Shown here: in pieces, positions 12,410-25,462 of the stretch | Position numbering within the stretch: the stretch's first letter is position 1 | How the letters are laid out: each line of letters opens with the position of its first letter | NCBI RefSeq assembly: GCF_027921745.1 | Contig: NC_079239.1 | Span: forward strand, 2,294,001 to 2,358,000 | Length of the DNA stretch: 64,000 nucleotides | Reading direction: 5' to 3' | Origin: Schizosaccharomyces osmophilus | Taxonomy: Eukaryota | Translations under genes and position numbers: made by a program | The notes under the pieces: model-generated | The model's input: only the letters and a program-made list of their open reading frames with translations | Told to the model about the DNA's origin: nothing | Databases searched by the model: none

Positions 12410-14927
12410 TTAAGTAGAAGCCTTGTCATTAGATACAGATTCGTTTAAATGTTGAAAAGGTTCAGCAATGTCATCCAGGTAGTCTTCCAGGCTTTTTGGT
12501 ACGTTTCTATCAGTTTCACGATTCAATTCTGTAGTTTCCAAAGTTTGCAAATCTTCAACGGATAGCGTATTGTAGTACTCTCGGAAATGTTTAACAATTT
12601 CCTCATAAACCGCTTGCAGAAGCAGCCCTTCAATCCAAGGTTCCGTTAAGTAAGAGGATATTTGCTTATGTAAGCCCTCCACCTTATCCAGTCGATGCAT
12701 AAGTTCACCCACGCTGTTTGGGTCATGTGCTTTCAAGGCGTTTGTAAAAGACTCAACCGCTGCCTCGACATATCCATTTACTGCAAAACGCAAGTATTCG
12801 TTCAACTCTTGTCGGGTATCCACCATATTGTTTATAAATTTAGGAAATGTTTCATACGCCAGTTGAAGAATGCCTCGAAGGTTAGAACGCCATTCACGCA
12901 CGCGATCCCAAATTCTCTTAAAGTCGACACCTGCCTGAATATGTGCGTATTGAATTTCAAATGAGCTTAATTGCTCTTTCAAAACCAAAAAGTTCTTTAT
13001 CAAAAAAAGCCTGGCAATCTGTGGATCGTTTTTATTGCTATAGTACTTGTAGGCTTCCATTAATGACCCGATGCAAGCATGTATGATTTCGAGCGCTATA
13101 TCGTCAAAGACATTCGACTAGATGATTAGATTAGCTCATTAAGATTCATAAAAGAATCATTTATCTTACATCAAGGAGACGATATATTTTGGACAAAATA
13201 ATCAAAGACTTTTGAACAACAGGGTACCATCCTTGTGCCATAGCAAGTCTCTCTGGTACATTTACGTTCACTTTCTCTTCGACATCATTCAAACCCAAAT
13301 TTTCCAAATTGAATAATTGTGTCCCTTTGTTTATATTGGGGAAGAGATCATCATCGTTCGGTGTATAATTTTGAATATCTGAATCAATAGCTGCTTGTAC
13401 TAGAAATAACACTCGATTTTGAAGTTCAGATACTACTGGGCTTAGATGTGTCGCGAGCTCTTTGCCTATTTCCTCTCTATCTCCTTCCGCTATCGAATTT
13501 TGGAAAGACCGTATGTAGGAGCAAACTTCACATAAATCTGTCAAATTTTTCTCACGTAAAATCATCGATCTGGAACCTTCGTAAAAGGTTTCACATATAT
13601 TTTGCCAGTATTCTGTAAACTTTTCATTTGTTTCATCAAAGAATTCATTAAAAAGTCTGCTTTCGTCAAAGAAAGTAAGCTGTAGGATAGCTAGTGATTT
13701 TTGGATCTGCTTAAAGTTAACGCAAAATTTGACCCTCAAGTACTTACAAACGAAGTAATTGATTTTTCCAAGAAGAAACTCCTTATCTGACTACTAAGAA
13801 CAGGCTGAAGTAAGCGCATACGGGTCTGTAAATAAAAGTCATAAAACGCAGTGAGATTAAACGTTTGTTCAGAAATACTCTTCTTAAATTCTATGAGCAG
13901 TGGTCGAAGCTGAAACGCAATCGCGCTAAAACGAGAATAGAACAAAGAGCTTTCGAATTGTTTGTCTGTTTGCTGGAACCATAATTAGTAACCACGAAGG
14001 TCGAAGCTCGAAACAAATTACCATGGTCTTTGCGCTCTGTATAACTTGGTCAGATGCTACTTTAATAAGACGGAAGAAATGATTTTTAAACATTGTAAAT
14101 CCTTGAGCTAAAAGCCGTTTATATTGAGATAAATAGACCTCGCTCTCTTGAAAATCCAACTAAACAAATTAGTCATGAATATAATGAGTAAATCAGATCA
14201 TACATTTTCTTCCAAGAAGTGGATACATCTGTTTATCTGCAAAATATAATTCCGAAAGGAACTTCTTGATACCAAGTCTGACGGCGGGTGACGGAAAACA
14301 CGAATCAATTCCTTTAATGGAGCAAAATAAGATAACCCTCGATCGATATCATTAGCAAGTCTTGCGAATGCTTCCTATATCATATGTGTTAACAGGCAAG
14401 TTGATAAATTCAAAAGAATTTTACATACTTCTTCAGTTGCCAGCGTGTCACATGTCTGAGAAAACTCGTTCAATTTTGATTCTGAAATTGAAAAGCTAGT
14501 CTTTATAGATGACAAAGACTGCTTAATTTCATTTGTCTGCTGCGAAAGTCCATCCGCGAATGCTGAATAGGCTTGAAGCTCGCGCATGCGGATTTCCGCT
14601 CGTTCTAAAATTTCGCTTTCTCCATCTTGTTTTATCCAGCTCACGACTCTTTGTTTATCCTCTAGCCTTACCTCAGCGCCCAGCTTACACTTTGGAGTAT
14701 GCGATTTCAAAGAGTTACATCGTCTTAAGGAAGAACTGGAATCAAATATCGGAGATCCTAAGCTTTTTATAGGCGACAGATTTTCCACTGTGGGTTTCGA
14801 AGATTCAGACGCGTTCAATGGCTTTTCCATGCGCGTTAATATTGACAAAGTGTTACTTTTCCCTTACCTGCAAAGAGTTCACTAAATCCTCATTTTCTGA
14901 ATGTAAAAATTCCCATTGATCAAACAT
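12410..14927 (-). CDS. cog3: COG complex subunit Cog3/Sec34 (multi-exon)
   Basis: Exon ORFs with DFQESEVYLSQYK, GWYPVVQKSLIILSKIYRL, LFLIKNFLVLKEQ; exon 1 MFDQWEFLHSENEDLVNSLQ followed by a GTAAGG donor. Confidence 0.88.
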
Positions 14928-15675
14928 AATTTCATACCCTAATTGAGAATCTCTAGATTCCTTTTATCCATGCTGGAGCAGGTAGGATGTAAACAAGTGC
15001 TCTCTTAGGAGCCCGGTGAATTAATCACCGTAGTTTCTCAACTAACCGAAGTTTACCGAAATAGAAGTAACAGCAGAACTTTGGTTACTTATGATGAAAG
15101 AGTAAACAATGAACTGAAACAAAGTAAATGAAAAATGTGAGTAGGAATAAAGGAGTAAAAGAAGAGAAGAAGAGCGCTACATTCAGTTTTTCTCTGCCAG
15201 CTATGCATAGTTCGAGTCGTCTACCTTTGTAGCATACTATTAAGATGGACAGAATACGGGAATCTCAATACAAAAGAAAGCGACATTTACATTCCTACAT
15301 TCAAAGATGCTGGAAGGCATATAAAATCTCCGGCTCACTACTACAGCGGTTTTAACACGTATAATTTGATGCTCGAAGTACAAAACCTCTACTAGTTATT
15401 TAAAAAAATTACCATTCACAGACGATTACTTATAAGGAATAAAATAGGGTCTGAATTTCAATAAAAGTCTTTATACAAATCATGAACTTTCGCTGGTCCC
15501 TAAAAGCAACATAGTACAACTTTACCGATGATTTAAATAATAAAAAACCTCATAATTTCTTATAGGAATAAGCAATGGAAAGCCAAAAGAAACCAAGGCA
15601 GTACTAGGAAGCCAAAAGGGAACGAGTAGCAGCTTGTATAAGGTTCGAGTATTTTTAATTGAAAGAAAAATTCAC

Positions 15676-16761
15676 TTAAGTGGACGCAGAGGTAGGACGA
15701 GCACTGGAAGTAGGAGATTGAGCAACAGGTACATTGCCGAATCTAGAAAGGAAGTGCTTTGTCTGGGCCCATGCGTTTCTTGCTTGAGGAGGAACGCGGT
15801 GGTCGGCGACAGCACGGTCCATACGAAGGCCAATCTCTCGGAAGGATGCACGAGTAAAGTGGCTGCTGTTGTAACGCATACGAAGGAAGAAGGCATAGAA
15901 AATGAATTGGGAAAAGGTATTCAAGCGTAGGAAGAAGCCAAAGAAGTAACGGAAGAAGAGGAAGGCTTCAATGTTGGCTACAAGCTTCATAGCTGGTTGG
16001 AATTGAGTACGAGTGTACTTGTTGAGCAATTGGGAAAATTTATAGAAATAATTCTTGGGTTCGGTGCCGCTTGTGACAGAGGGAGAAACAGCCGGCAAAA
16101 GGTTGCTGCGCATGTAGGTGGAGATATGGAACGTGGCATAAATAGCATAGGGTGTAAGTGCAAATAAGACAGGGCGGTTCATAAACAAGGATAAAGCCAA
16201 ACCAAAGTACAAGACATTATCATCAGTCATTATACGGCGTACAAATGGGGTGTTCCAAGAGGAACGAGAAAGGATGCTAGAGCCATAAACCTTGTAAAGG
16301 ACAATGGAGTATGCCAAGACGGCTCCTGCGATGCCAGTCCTGAAAATGCATGATGAACCTTGACGGAAGGGAACCACTTGCAACGTATAAATAGTGCTAA
16401 ACAAGACGACAGCAAACTGTCCCAAAAACCAAAAGAATTGAGTGTTCTAAAAATAAATAGATTAGCAAGTAGCCCTTAAATATAAAGACCATAAGACGAG
16501 TGCTTGAAGCGTCTTGTTGGAACGGGATGCTACGTATACCCTGAAGTGAAGACAACAAAGACCCTTTTAAGACCGCTAGAAATGGTTGTACTTTTTAATA
16601 GTTAAGTTAATTACCATTTCCAAAGGAAAGGCAAGTCCCTGTCATCCTCAAGTCCCGTTCCTAACGTAGTATGCACTTTCAAGTAAAACCAGCAAACTTA
16701 CTTTGACAAGAGGAAGCAGGCGTTCACCTAAAGGCTTATTAGGAGACACTTTTGGTGGCAT
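15676..16761 (-). CDS. tts1: TMEM33/Pom33-family ER membrane protein Tts1 (intron about 16448-16701)
   Basis: MPPKVSPNKPLGERLLPLVK / NTQFFWFLGQ..DDNVLYF..FLRMRYNSSHFTR. Confidence 0.88.
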
Positions 16762-17679
16762 TTTTACAAAAAATCGAGTTGCTTTTTGGTAAGAGGAGGT
16801 TGCTTTGGGTAAGTTGGTAAACCCAGCAATGTATGATGTATAGGTTAACGAAGACTTCGAGAAGTGGCATCCCAGTAGAAGTGGAAACAGTTGCAGTTCT
16901 TGTTTTTGTATGTTTTAGAATAGTTACATTATTCTTTAATTGTTCAATTAAAAGAGATGTTTTTTCGATTGAGAAGGTCGAGTTTGGTGCATCAACATAA
17001 TCGAGTCAGTTCGTACATTGAGCAGAATTCAATTGAGTAACTTTTATTGTACTAGCAAAATTTGATTTATTAAATAGAAACTTGTCGTATTCTACATAGC
17101 TATTCTCATTACAGGTTCTAAAATCATGGTTAAAAAGCAGACAGTATAGCAAAGATCAGCCGCATGTAGCAAATCTAAATACAATCAAACTTTTATTTAT
17201 TTTATGAACACCTTCTTTGTGAAATCTTGTAAGACTCGTAGAAGAAAAGGAACCTTACTTCGAAAATGACAGTACCAAAGAAAGTTGGAAGAGTATATAC
17301 CAGGAAAACTTTGTCTGTAACATAAAGCACAATAAATTCAATGAAAAAAGAAGACACAAGAGAGAAACACCGTTTCATTTAAAGCGCTCTCGTTCTCCAT
17401 CAGACAAATCAAGGAAAGCTTGCAAAAAGCGAAATGGCCTGAGTATAAGATCTCTTCATCAACGTTTCTTTTTGACTTTTAATTCTTTCGATTTGATGAA
17501 ATTATCGATCTATGAAACTATCTGTGTGGAATCTAAAAGTAGTACTGGGACTTTTGAATCAGGTTTCCATCTGTCTATAGCAAGCAACTTGAAAAATTTT
17601 AGGGAATTAACTCTTAGGCCCTTATCTTAATTTAATTGATTACCGTTTTCATTTGTGCAACTAAGAAGATAATTTTGAA

Positions 17680-19059
17680 ATGGCTTCTCAAAAACTATGG
17701 GGTGGAAGATTTACTGGCACTACGGATCCTTTGATGACTGCCTACAATGAATCTATACATTATGATAAGCGCATGTTCAATGCTGACGTGGATGGTTCGA
17801 AAGCGTATGCGAAAGCTCTAGAGCAACGTGGGATCGTCGACAAAGTTGAGCTTGGAAAGATTTTGGAAGGATTAGAAAGCGTTCGCGCTGAATGGAAAGC
17901 AGACAAGTTTGTTCTCCATCCTTCTGACGAGGACATTCATACTGCTAATGAGCGCCGACTCGGTGAAATCATTGGCACAGGAATCGCCGGCAAGTTGCAT
18001 ACTGGTAGAAGTAGAAACGACCAAGTTGCTACGGATATGCGTCTTTGGCTTCGTGAAGAGATCAAAATTGTTAAAGCTTTTCTCGTTGATTTGTTAAAGG
18101 TATTTGCTTCTCGTGCCGAAAAGGACATCGGTATCGTTATGCCTGGATATACCCATTTACAACGTGCCCAACCCATCCGCTGGTCGCACTTTTTGATGTC
18201 TCATGCGTTCTCACTCCTGTCTGATTTGACCCGTCTGAACCAGTTGTACAACCGTGTCAACCAACTTCCATTGGGAGCGGGTGCTTTGGCTGGTAACCCC
18301 TTTGCTGTCGACCGAGAATTCCTCTGTAAGGAACTTGGTTTTGACGGCATTATCATGAACTCTATGAATGCTGTTGCTGACCGTGACTTTGTTATTGAAT
18401 TTATGTATTGGTCTAGTATGGTTATGACCCATGTTTCTCGGTTGGCTGAAGATTTCATTATCTATTCTAGCTCTGAGTTTAGTTTTGTAACACTATCCGA
18501 TGCATACTCAACGGGTAGTAGCATTATGCCTCAAAAGAAAAATCCTGATTCCCTAGAATTGCTTCGTGGTAAATCTGGTCGTGTTTTTGGTGACATGGTT
18601 GGTTTCATGATGTCCGTAAAAGGCATTCCATCCACCTACAATAAGGATTTACAAGAAGACAAGGAGGCTCTATTTGATTCTGTCAAGACTGTTTCTGATT
18701 CTATCCAAATCCTTACTGGTGTCCTTTCCACCTTGACTGTCAATCCTGAAAAAATCGCTAAAAGCTTAACCGCTGATATGTTGGCTACAGATTTGGCCGA
18801 GTACTTAGTTCGAAAGGGTGTTCCATTTCGTCAAACCCATCATGTCTCTGGTTCCGCTGTTCGTATGGCTGAAGAGAGAAACACCACAATCGACAAGCTT
18901 TCCGTTGATGACTTCAAGTCTTTACATCCTCTCTATGAGGATGACGTTGTAAATGTCTTCAACTACGAGGAAAGTGTTGAAAAACGATGTGCTATTGGCG
19001 GTACTGCTAAGTCTTGTGTACTGGAGCAAGTAAAGACCCTCAAAGAAGCTCTTAATTAG
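17680..19059 (+). CDS. arg41: argininosuccinate lyase
   Basis: [28 protein letters not shown] signature; paralog name inferred from neighbours. Confidence 0.95.
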   Translation: MASQKLWGGRFTGTTDPLMTAYNESIHYDKRMFNADVDGSKAYAKALEQRGIVDKVELGKILEGLESVRAEWKADKFVLHPSDEDIHTANERRLGEIIGTGIAGKLHTGRSRNDQVATDMRLWLREEIKIVKAFLVDLLKVFASRAEKDIGIVMPGYTHLQRAQPIRWSHFLMSHAFSLLSDLTRLNQLYNRVNQLPLGAGALAGNPFAVDREFLCKELGFDGIIMNSMNAVADRDFVIEFMYWSSMVMTHVSRLAEDFIIYSSSEFSFVTLSDAYSTGSSIMPQKKNPDSLELLRGKSGRVFGDMVGFMMSVKGIPSTYNKDLQEDKEALFDSVKTVSDSIQILTGVLSTLTVNPEKIAKSLTADMLATDLAEYLVRKGVPFRQTHHVSGSAVRMAEERNTTIDKLSVDDFKSLHPLYEDDVVNVFNYEESVEKRCAIGGTAKSCVLEQVKTLKEALN

Positions 19060-19224
19060 GTTATTACGATTTTTTTTTTTTTTTTTTGGAATTAAAGCTT
19101 ACTTTGTTGCCATTGCAGAATATTCATAAAGCATTATCGTTGACATCAGCTTTTTTGATTCTTTGTATTCGTAGAACCAACTTTTAATTACACTTAATAA
19201 CTTAAACGATTTTGCTCAAAGTAT

Positions 19225-20415
19225 TTACTTTTTATTCTTTCGCTTTTTTCCTCCATCTTCATCATCTTCAGATTCATCCGCATCAGAAATGTCCCAAGTA
19301 TCGTCTTTTGATAACGTCAAACCAAAACCCGCATCCACTTTCTTTTTGTTTTCGTGCTTCTTTAAATCTTCATTTTCTCTTCGACTCTGCAGGCTTGCCA
19401 AATGCTGGATTTGTTGTCGAAAATCTTTGGGACTATCCCGAGCAGTATCTTCTGCATTCTCAAAAAGCTTCCCACTAAAATTACTGAATTCATTGCTTTT
19501 CGGTTTTTTATCCTCAACATCTAGTTTTAGACGTTTTGGGTCAAAGTTGTCGTTATCTTCACTGTCGTGGAATGGATCGTAGTCATCTCCAGCTTCTTCA
19601 AATATGTCAGCATCTGTATCAACCTTCGGTAAAGGAACTATTTCTTTCTCCGTTTTTTCTTTAAAAGGTGGTGCTTTATCATCGGAGGAAGCAATCGTCA
19701 TCTCTAATGGAGCCTTCTTTTTCTCCTTTTTTACCAGTCGCTTCAAAACACTACCGTTTTCAGCAAGTTCATACTTTACTTTCTTTCCTTCTTCAACAGT
19801 CCTTCGGTACTTGGGTCGCCCATTAGGATATACTGGTACACTTGTGCTTGTCGAGCTTACCAATGCGTCTTCAGAAGGTTGTTGATCTGCATTGCTTGTT
19901 TTTTCTGCCAATTCTTCAAGGAGATTATCATCTTGTTCTTCATTTCTTATTGGACTGGATCCCTTTGGTTCTTTCTCCATAAACTGAGGAATATCAGGCT
20001 CAATTTGCTGATACTTCGCTTTTTGTAAAAGTCTACGATCTAAACCCCGAACGAGATGAGTGGTTGACAGATCTCCGCCTAATTCTTGAGTTCTTTTCGA
20101 GAATTCATCTCCTGTGATTTCGCCCCGGTGAAGCTTACCTCGTAAATCTTGCACAAGACGATCGTTTTCAGAGAGTGTTTCAGGTTCATCGGCCACCGAA
20201 TTTTTTGCTTCAGTCACCAAAGAAGAGGAAGGCTTTTTGAAATTAGGCTTTACATTTGAATGTCTTTTAGCGATCGATCTAGGTGGTAGCGATGTAGGCA
20301 ATCTAGGATGCCGCCTGCCAAATGATGGACCCTGGGATCTCTTTGGTAATCTATCTAACTCTGAGGTTTCACTTCTAGGGGTAGCTAGCAGCTTTCGAAA
20401 ATCATCCTGATTCAT
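19225..20415 (-). CDS. RED/IK-like nuclear (spliceosome-associated) protein
   Basis: MNQDDFRKLLATPR and LGGDLSTTHLVRGLD motifs of the RED N-terminal domain. Confidence 0.85.
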   Translation of the reverse strand: MNQDDFRKLLATPRSETSELDRLPKRSQGPSFGRRHPRLPTSLPPRSIAKRHSNVKPNFKKPSSSLVTEAKNSVADEPETLSENDRLVQDLRGKLHRGEITGDEFSKRTQELGGDLSTTHLVRGLDRRLLQKAKYQQIEPDIPQFMEKEPKGSSPIRNEEQDDNLLEELAEKTSNADQQPSEDALVSSTSTSVPVYPNGRPKYRRTVEEGKKVKYELAENGSVLKRLVKKEKKKAPLEMTIASSDDKAPPFKEKTEKEIVPLPKVDTDADIFEEAGDDYDPFHDSEDNDNFDPKRLKLDVEDKKPKSNEFSNFSGKLFENAEDTARDSPKDFRQQIQHLASLQSRRENEDLKKHENKKKVDAGFGLTLSKDDTWDISDADESEDDEDGGKKRKNKK

Positions 20416-20895
20416 CTCTGTTTATAAGTGTTTTCCATCAATTTAGGTTATTCGATTATGACAAATTTTGAATAAACAAAAATAAAATTTTCTGTATTAA
20501 TAGGAATTAAGTAAAGCTAGCAGCGCGCCACAAGTTCGTGGTTCCTGTGCACACTTTTTTAAACTAGTTAAAAATGTAAGTTCAAATCCAAAAAAGGGAG
20601 CCTGTCACATGAACAAATTTTGTTTTTATAGTTTATAAAATGTCTGTTAAATAGAATGGGTTAATATAGCGAAATCTCAAAACTTGGCATTAGTTGAATA
20701 GGATTGTTGTGTATAACTGTTTTGTCTTGACCACAACGCTTTATACCCAAGGGGAAGAAACCTTCATATTTTTCCTTTCGAGCTACTTCTTCTTCAGTTT
20801 CTTTTTTGATACTTTTTCTTTTGAAGAAAATTTATTTTGGACGTGTATTTTATAGGCAAAAAGCTTGTGGTGAAATCTTTGTGAATCATACCTTC

Positions 20896-21519
20896 ATGTT
20901 TTCTAGAGGCATTTGGCGAACAGGATATATACCAAAAGGGAGTGTGGTTCGTCCCCAAGGCTTGAGTAGTCTTTTTTCCAGAAATGTTATGAATATTCAT
21001 TCGAAGGAGAATGGTTATACTTGCGAATTGACCTCTTCGGCTCAAGATATTGATTCATTCTTTAATCGTGTGTTTGGTAGTACGAACTATATTTCAAGTC
21101 AAGGATTAAAGGAGCAGATTTTCACTCACAAGTCTTACAAACAGGGAAGAGTTGCTTACAATGAACCTCTTGTTTCGCTTGGTGTCGCGGTCGTTGATGT
21201 TTCTTTGATGAATCACTTCTTAAGGAATGGTAATGTAAACAATGTCCCAAAATACTCAGATATTACAAGATTCCGCTCTCCACGGCGAATCGCTTTGGCT
21301 ACAAAAGATTGGGAACCTGAATCAGCGGCTCGCTGCATGCTTCCTTTGCTTACTGGGAAGTCTGATGAAAAGCCGCCCCTAGATAGAGTTTTGAGCACTA
21401 CCATATTCAGTCTTGTTGCGGCTATTTATTTGCAAAAGGGAGGACAAGAAGCTATAAAGTTCTGTGATGAACGCTTGGTTAACCAGTTGATTCCTCAAAA
21501 TGAACACGTTGAGAAATAG
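20896..21519 (+). CDS. mrp15: mitochondrial ribosomal protein L15 (RNase III-like)
   Basis: Basic presequence; QIFTHKSYKQGRVAYNEPLVSLG and AIYLQKGG RNase III-like motifs. Confidence 0.8.
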   Translation: MFSRGIWRTGYIPKGSVVRPQGLSSLFSRNVMNIHSKENGYTCELTSSAQDIDSFFNRVFGSTNYISSQGLKEQIFTHKSYKQGRVAYNEPLVSLGVAVVDVSLMNHFLRNGNVNNVPKYSDITRFRSPRRIALATKDWEPESAARCMLPLLTGKSDEKPPLDRVLSTTIFSLVAAIYLQKGGQEAIKFCDERLVNQLIPQNEHVEK

Positions 21520-21744
21520 ATCTCCACATTTTGCCTACTTCCAAAAGATCTCCCCTTTCAAATGGCTTTATCCTTCTTTTAATGCATCAGCTATACTTTA
21601 TTACTAACTAGTCAATTTCAATTTTGTTTCGAGTACATTTTATTTCAATGATGCTCTGAATTTATATTAATAATACATTTATTTGGTCATTTATCCTTAT
21701 CCGTCAAAAGAACATTAGGGAAAAATACTATCATGTAATATCTC

Positions 21745-23885
21745 TTATTTTCGAGTCAGACGTAGTTTCTCCTGTAGTTTTTTTAATAAATCCGACAAGC
21801 ATTGTTTCGAAACAAGGCCTTCGTTCATCTTCTCATGGAATAATAAATAATGAACAACATGTATCCATTGATACAATCGTCTACCTTGTTGCAACTGTCT
21901 TCGCACTTGTCCAATAGCCATAGGAAAGATAGTGTAGGGCATGTCCAGCTGTATCAGCACGGATTTAAGCATATTCGCTGTCTCAATGCTACATTGACTA
22001 TCAATGAAATGTAGTCCTAACCGGTAATATAGTTGATTTTCTTGCGGCAGGTTAAATTTGGAATCAGGCATGTCTTGTGGTGACAACGCTTTCGAAGTAT
22101 GAGATACAGGTTGGGGATTGACATCGTTGAGCTTTTTAAACTTGGGGTTAGTTCGTGCAGTTTTATTTAAAGTACTGTTAGGCACCTCTACAGGCTGCAA
22201 TACGGAGGACTTTTGATCATGTCGGTGTGAACACTGGTCGTTATGTTCTGGACGGTTGGCACACGAGGTGTGTTCTTTTGAAAAATTGTCAGTAGCAGGT
22301 GTGGATTTTTCATTTTCGGAGATCCCCTTCGCTTGGCTAGTATCTTGTTTTAGAACTTGTATTTCATGACGAGCCTGAGACAACTCTTTCCTCAGATGGT
22401 CAAATTGCAATAGAATCGCGTCCAGCGTCGTTAGTTGTACTCGAACTTCATTCGCTACAGCGCCCTGGGGCTTTGTATGAGGGAAAGAAGCGTCGTTACC
22501 AACGGTTACAGAACGAGTTTGTTTTGGTGCAGGTGGTTTACGAGGGTAAGGATTCTGAGACTCAGCCAAGTTCCTTTGATTTGTCACACCAGAAGCCTTT
22601 GGTATAATTGCAGGCATCACGGTAGGAGCAGTTTGTTGATTATTAAATAGAAGCTGCTTATTTAAAGTATCAATCTGTTTATCCCTTTGTTGGCATTGAT
22701 TTGTGAGAGATTGAATAGTGGCATTCATTTTTTCCAATACATCATTTAGTGCAGGTGGTAAAACTTCTATTGTTGAAGTAGGAGGGCCAGCAGCAGGCGG
22801 TCCTGGAGGGGACGTTTGAAAATGTATATCTGTAGGTTGAGAAACAGGAGGATCATGCTTATTATCTGTAGCCGGTTGAGGTTGGCTTATTGTTGAAACA
22901 CAGGTGGACGATGTCGGAGGACAGGCGGTTGCAGGCTCTTGGCGATCATGAACTGACTCTACATGAACATTTCCACGATTTGTAGAAATTCCTGGATGTT
23001 GAGAATGAGTTTTTGGGTAATTTGAATAAAGTGGAGAATACGCATTCTGTTCATGCAAGAAGTCTTGTTGCGTAGGTTGGTTTCTGCCATCAGTCGAGCC
23101 AGACTGATAAGGACTTTGATTATTATTGTTGGATACTTCAAAATTTTGAGTTGACGCAGCACTAGGGTTAGAAGGAATCGTAGGCGGCTGAGTTGTCTGT
23201 GAAATAGCGGTTGAATGGGAAGAGGGAAATGAGTATTGCTTTTGGATCTGGTTTTCATTTGGATTCCTGTATTCAAAAAATTGCTGCGAATTGTATGGCT
23301 CTGCGTCTGAGACAGCTGGCACATGTTTGTATGGAGTACTCGTAAATGTTACAGGGGGGTGAGGAGGAGGAAAGGAAGGATTTGAAAAAATCCCACCTGA
23401 TGGTTGAGAGTTTGAAGCTTGTCGAAAAAATTTCTGGTCGTTTACTTTCGTGGGAGAACTGGGATAGTTGACGGTGTTTCCTTGGCCTTGGTCAGCAGGT
23501 GCCTTGTTTTGGATGGAAGTATCATTAATTCCGGAAACAAGTTCATGAATTTGTTCTTCTTCTAATCCATCTAGGAGTTCTGCTATTCTACCAATTCGAT
23601 CGACACGAGATGGATCGAAATCTACAGGAATCTAGTGTTAGTAAAAACCAAAATTCCCAACGAAGGATGCCTTTTCAAGCTAAGCTTATTATTGAAATTA
23701 CAGAATTAAGCAAGAAAGAGTTCAATGAACCGCTCGAATAGGAGAATGTCCTTTCGAAAGTAGTACTTACCGTCTTCATTAGAATCTAACTGAATGCTAT
23801 CACCAGCCGAAGGATGGCTATCTAAATGAGAGTGGCCTAGCCATCGATAATCTGTGCTTAAACTGTCTGCATACGCTTCATCCAT
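21745..23885 (-). CDS. sid4: SIN scaffold / spindle pole body protein Sid4 (exons 23885-23771 and 23621-21745; 663 aa)
   Basis: Exon 1 MDEAYADSLSTDYRWLGHSH resembles recalled Sid4; splicing restores frame with the 525-aa ORF; C-terminal coiled coils. Confidence 0.88.
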
Positions 23886-24615
23886 CCTCTATTTTCGAGT
23901 TTTGGTTTTCACGAGTTCTTACTAGTAGTATGAATATGTTACCTGCTAATGAAGTAGAAGTAACGGTTTCAAATAGTAAACAAACAAGTGAACGTAGAAA
24001 AATTCAAAAATAACTGCAAATGAATTTAGAAATCAACCATAAAAATAACAAAACATACAAACTTTTTGACTGCAAAAAAGTTTGCTCGGGGAATATCGTG
24101 AACGGGTGATCAAAGAAATTATTATTTCATGAAATCAAGCTTAAGAAGCACAATCATATAAGTCAATTTCGTCTGCTTCTACGATCCTTAATTGTAATGC
24201 TATTGGAAATAAAACTACGAAAAGCAGTAGTAACGGTCCCTTGGTTTGGATTACTGGTTCTGTTTGTTGAATTGGAAGGTAAATAAAAGAGAAAATACAT
24301 TATTCCATGAGCAATTAAAGTGACTTGAGATCTTTTATTTTATCCTTATGAAGTTCTTACGTTCCAATAACTTCTTTTTATTGAAAGTATTCCTTTGAAG
24401 CTTTCACAAATTTTATGTGGAAATAAAATATGAATATTCGATAAACAAACCAAAAAGCATAAGAAATTATCCACAGAACCTGCCTTTTCTTCTTTAAAAT
24501 ATATTACTTGTGTTATTTATAATATTTATAGTCTTTTATTTGGTTTATTGATTGCCTTCCAGGCAGCGCTCATTAAGAAAAGTTTTTACCTATTATGTAT
24601 CAAATAATAAATCAC

Positions 24616-24994
24616 TGTCACAGACGATATTTCACTTGTTATGAGAAAAAGTATTCAGTGGAAAATCTAGTTGTAGTTTTAGATGAATTGTATACAAAAT
24701 TGGATGCTTTTATATTACTTGAAATAGATAGTAATAGCTTCCAGGGATCTGGTTCACTAAGTAAGTTGTATGAACGATTTATTTAGCTAGATCAGTCAAA
24801 TCTTCCAATCTGAAGATTTGAGCTTCTAATGCTGGGTATATATATATATTTCCTCTAAAGTAGATAACATTGTTCCTAGTGAATAAGCTTCTTTTTTAGA
24901 AACTTGCGTTGTTTACATTTTGTAATAAAGTACTCTTTTGTATTGTTATAATACAATATTTCGGCATTGACAATATCGTATATGGATCATGACA
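24616..24994 (-). mobile_element. older solo LTR of the same retrotransposon family
   Basis: TGTCA...TGACA termini, similar to 25011-25402 in R/U5; flanks ATCAC/GCCAC (degenerate TSD). Confidence 0.9.
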
Positions 24995-25010
24995 GCCACA
25001 AACTCGCTTC

Positions 25011-25402
25011 TGTCACAGGACGAATCTCACTTGTTATGAGAATAAGTATTCAGTGGAAAAGATGTAAGTAATAACAATTCATAAAATTGTATGTTTGACT
25101 TTTAAATTGGATACTTTTGTACTATAGAAGAATAGTAACAGCTTCCAGGGATCTGATTCACTAAGTAAGTTGTATGAACGATTTATTTAGCTAGATCAGT
25201 CAAATCTTCCAATCTGAAGATTTGCCAGGTAATTTTCATTTTTTATAATTTGTAACAAAGTCTTTGTCTAATAGTATTTTCTTTGTCTTCTTTCAACTCT
25301 TTGTTTCAAGAGTTTCTTTGTTTATTCATTACTTTCATGAATCCTTATTGTTATACAATAATAATATCAAGATATTAGTAATATCGTATACCAGTTATGA
25401 CA
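25011..25402 (-). repeat. 3' LTR
   Basis: Direct repeat of 29702-30093. Confidence 0.97.
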
Positions 25403-25413
25403 CCTCCCTTCTT
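25403..25413 (-). other. polypurine tract AAGAAGGGAGG
   Basis: Purine run abutting the 3' LTR on the coding strand. Confidence 0.9.
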
Positions 25414-25462
25414 AAGACGCTTTCACTTCCTTGAATTGAAAGATCTTGTTTTCCTTGCGGTT

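Noticed and set aside
24595..24786. Short ORF here and at 38978-39293
   Set aside because: Lie within or overlap solo LTRs; no coding features
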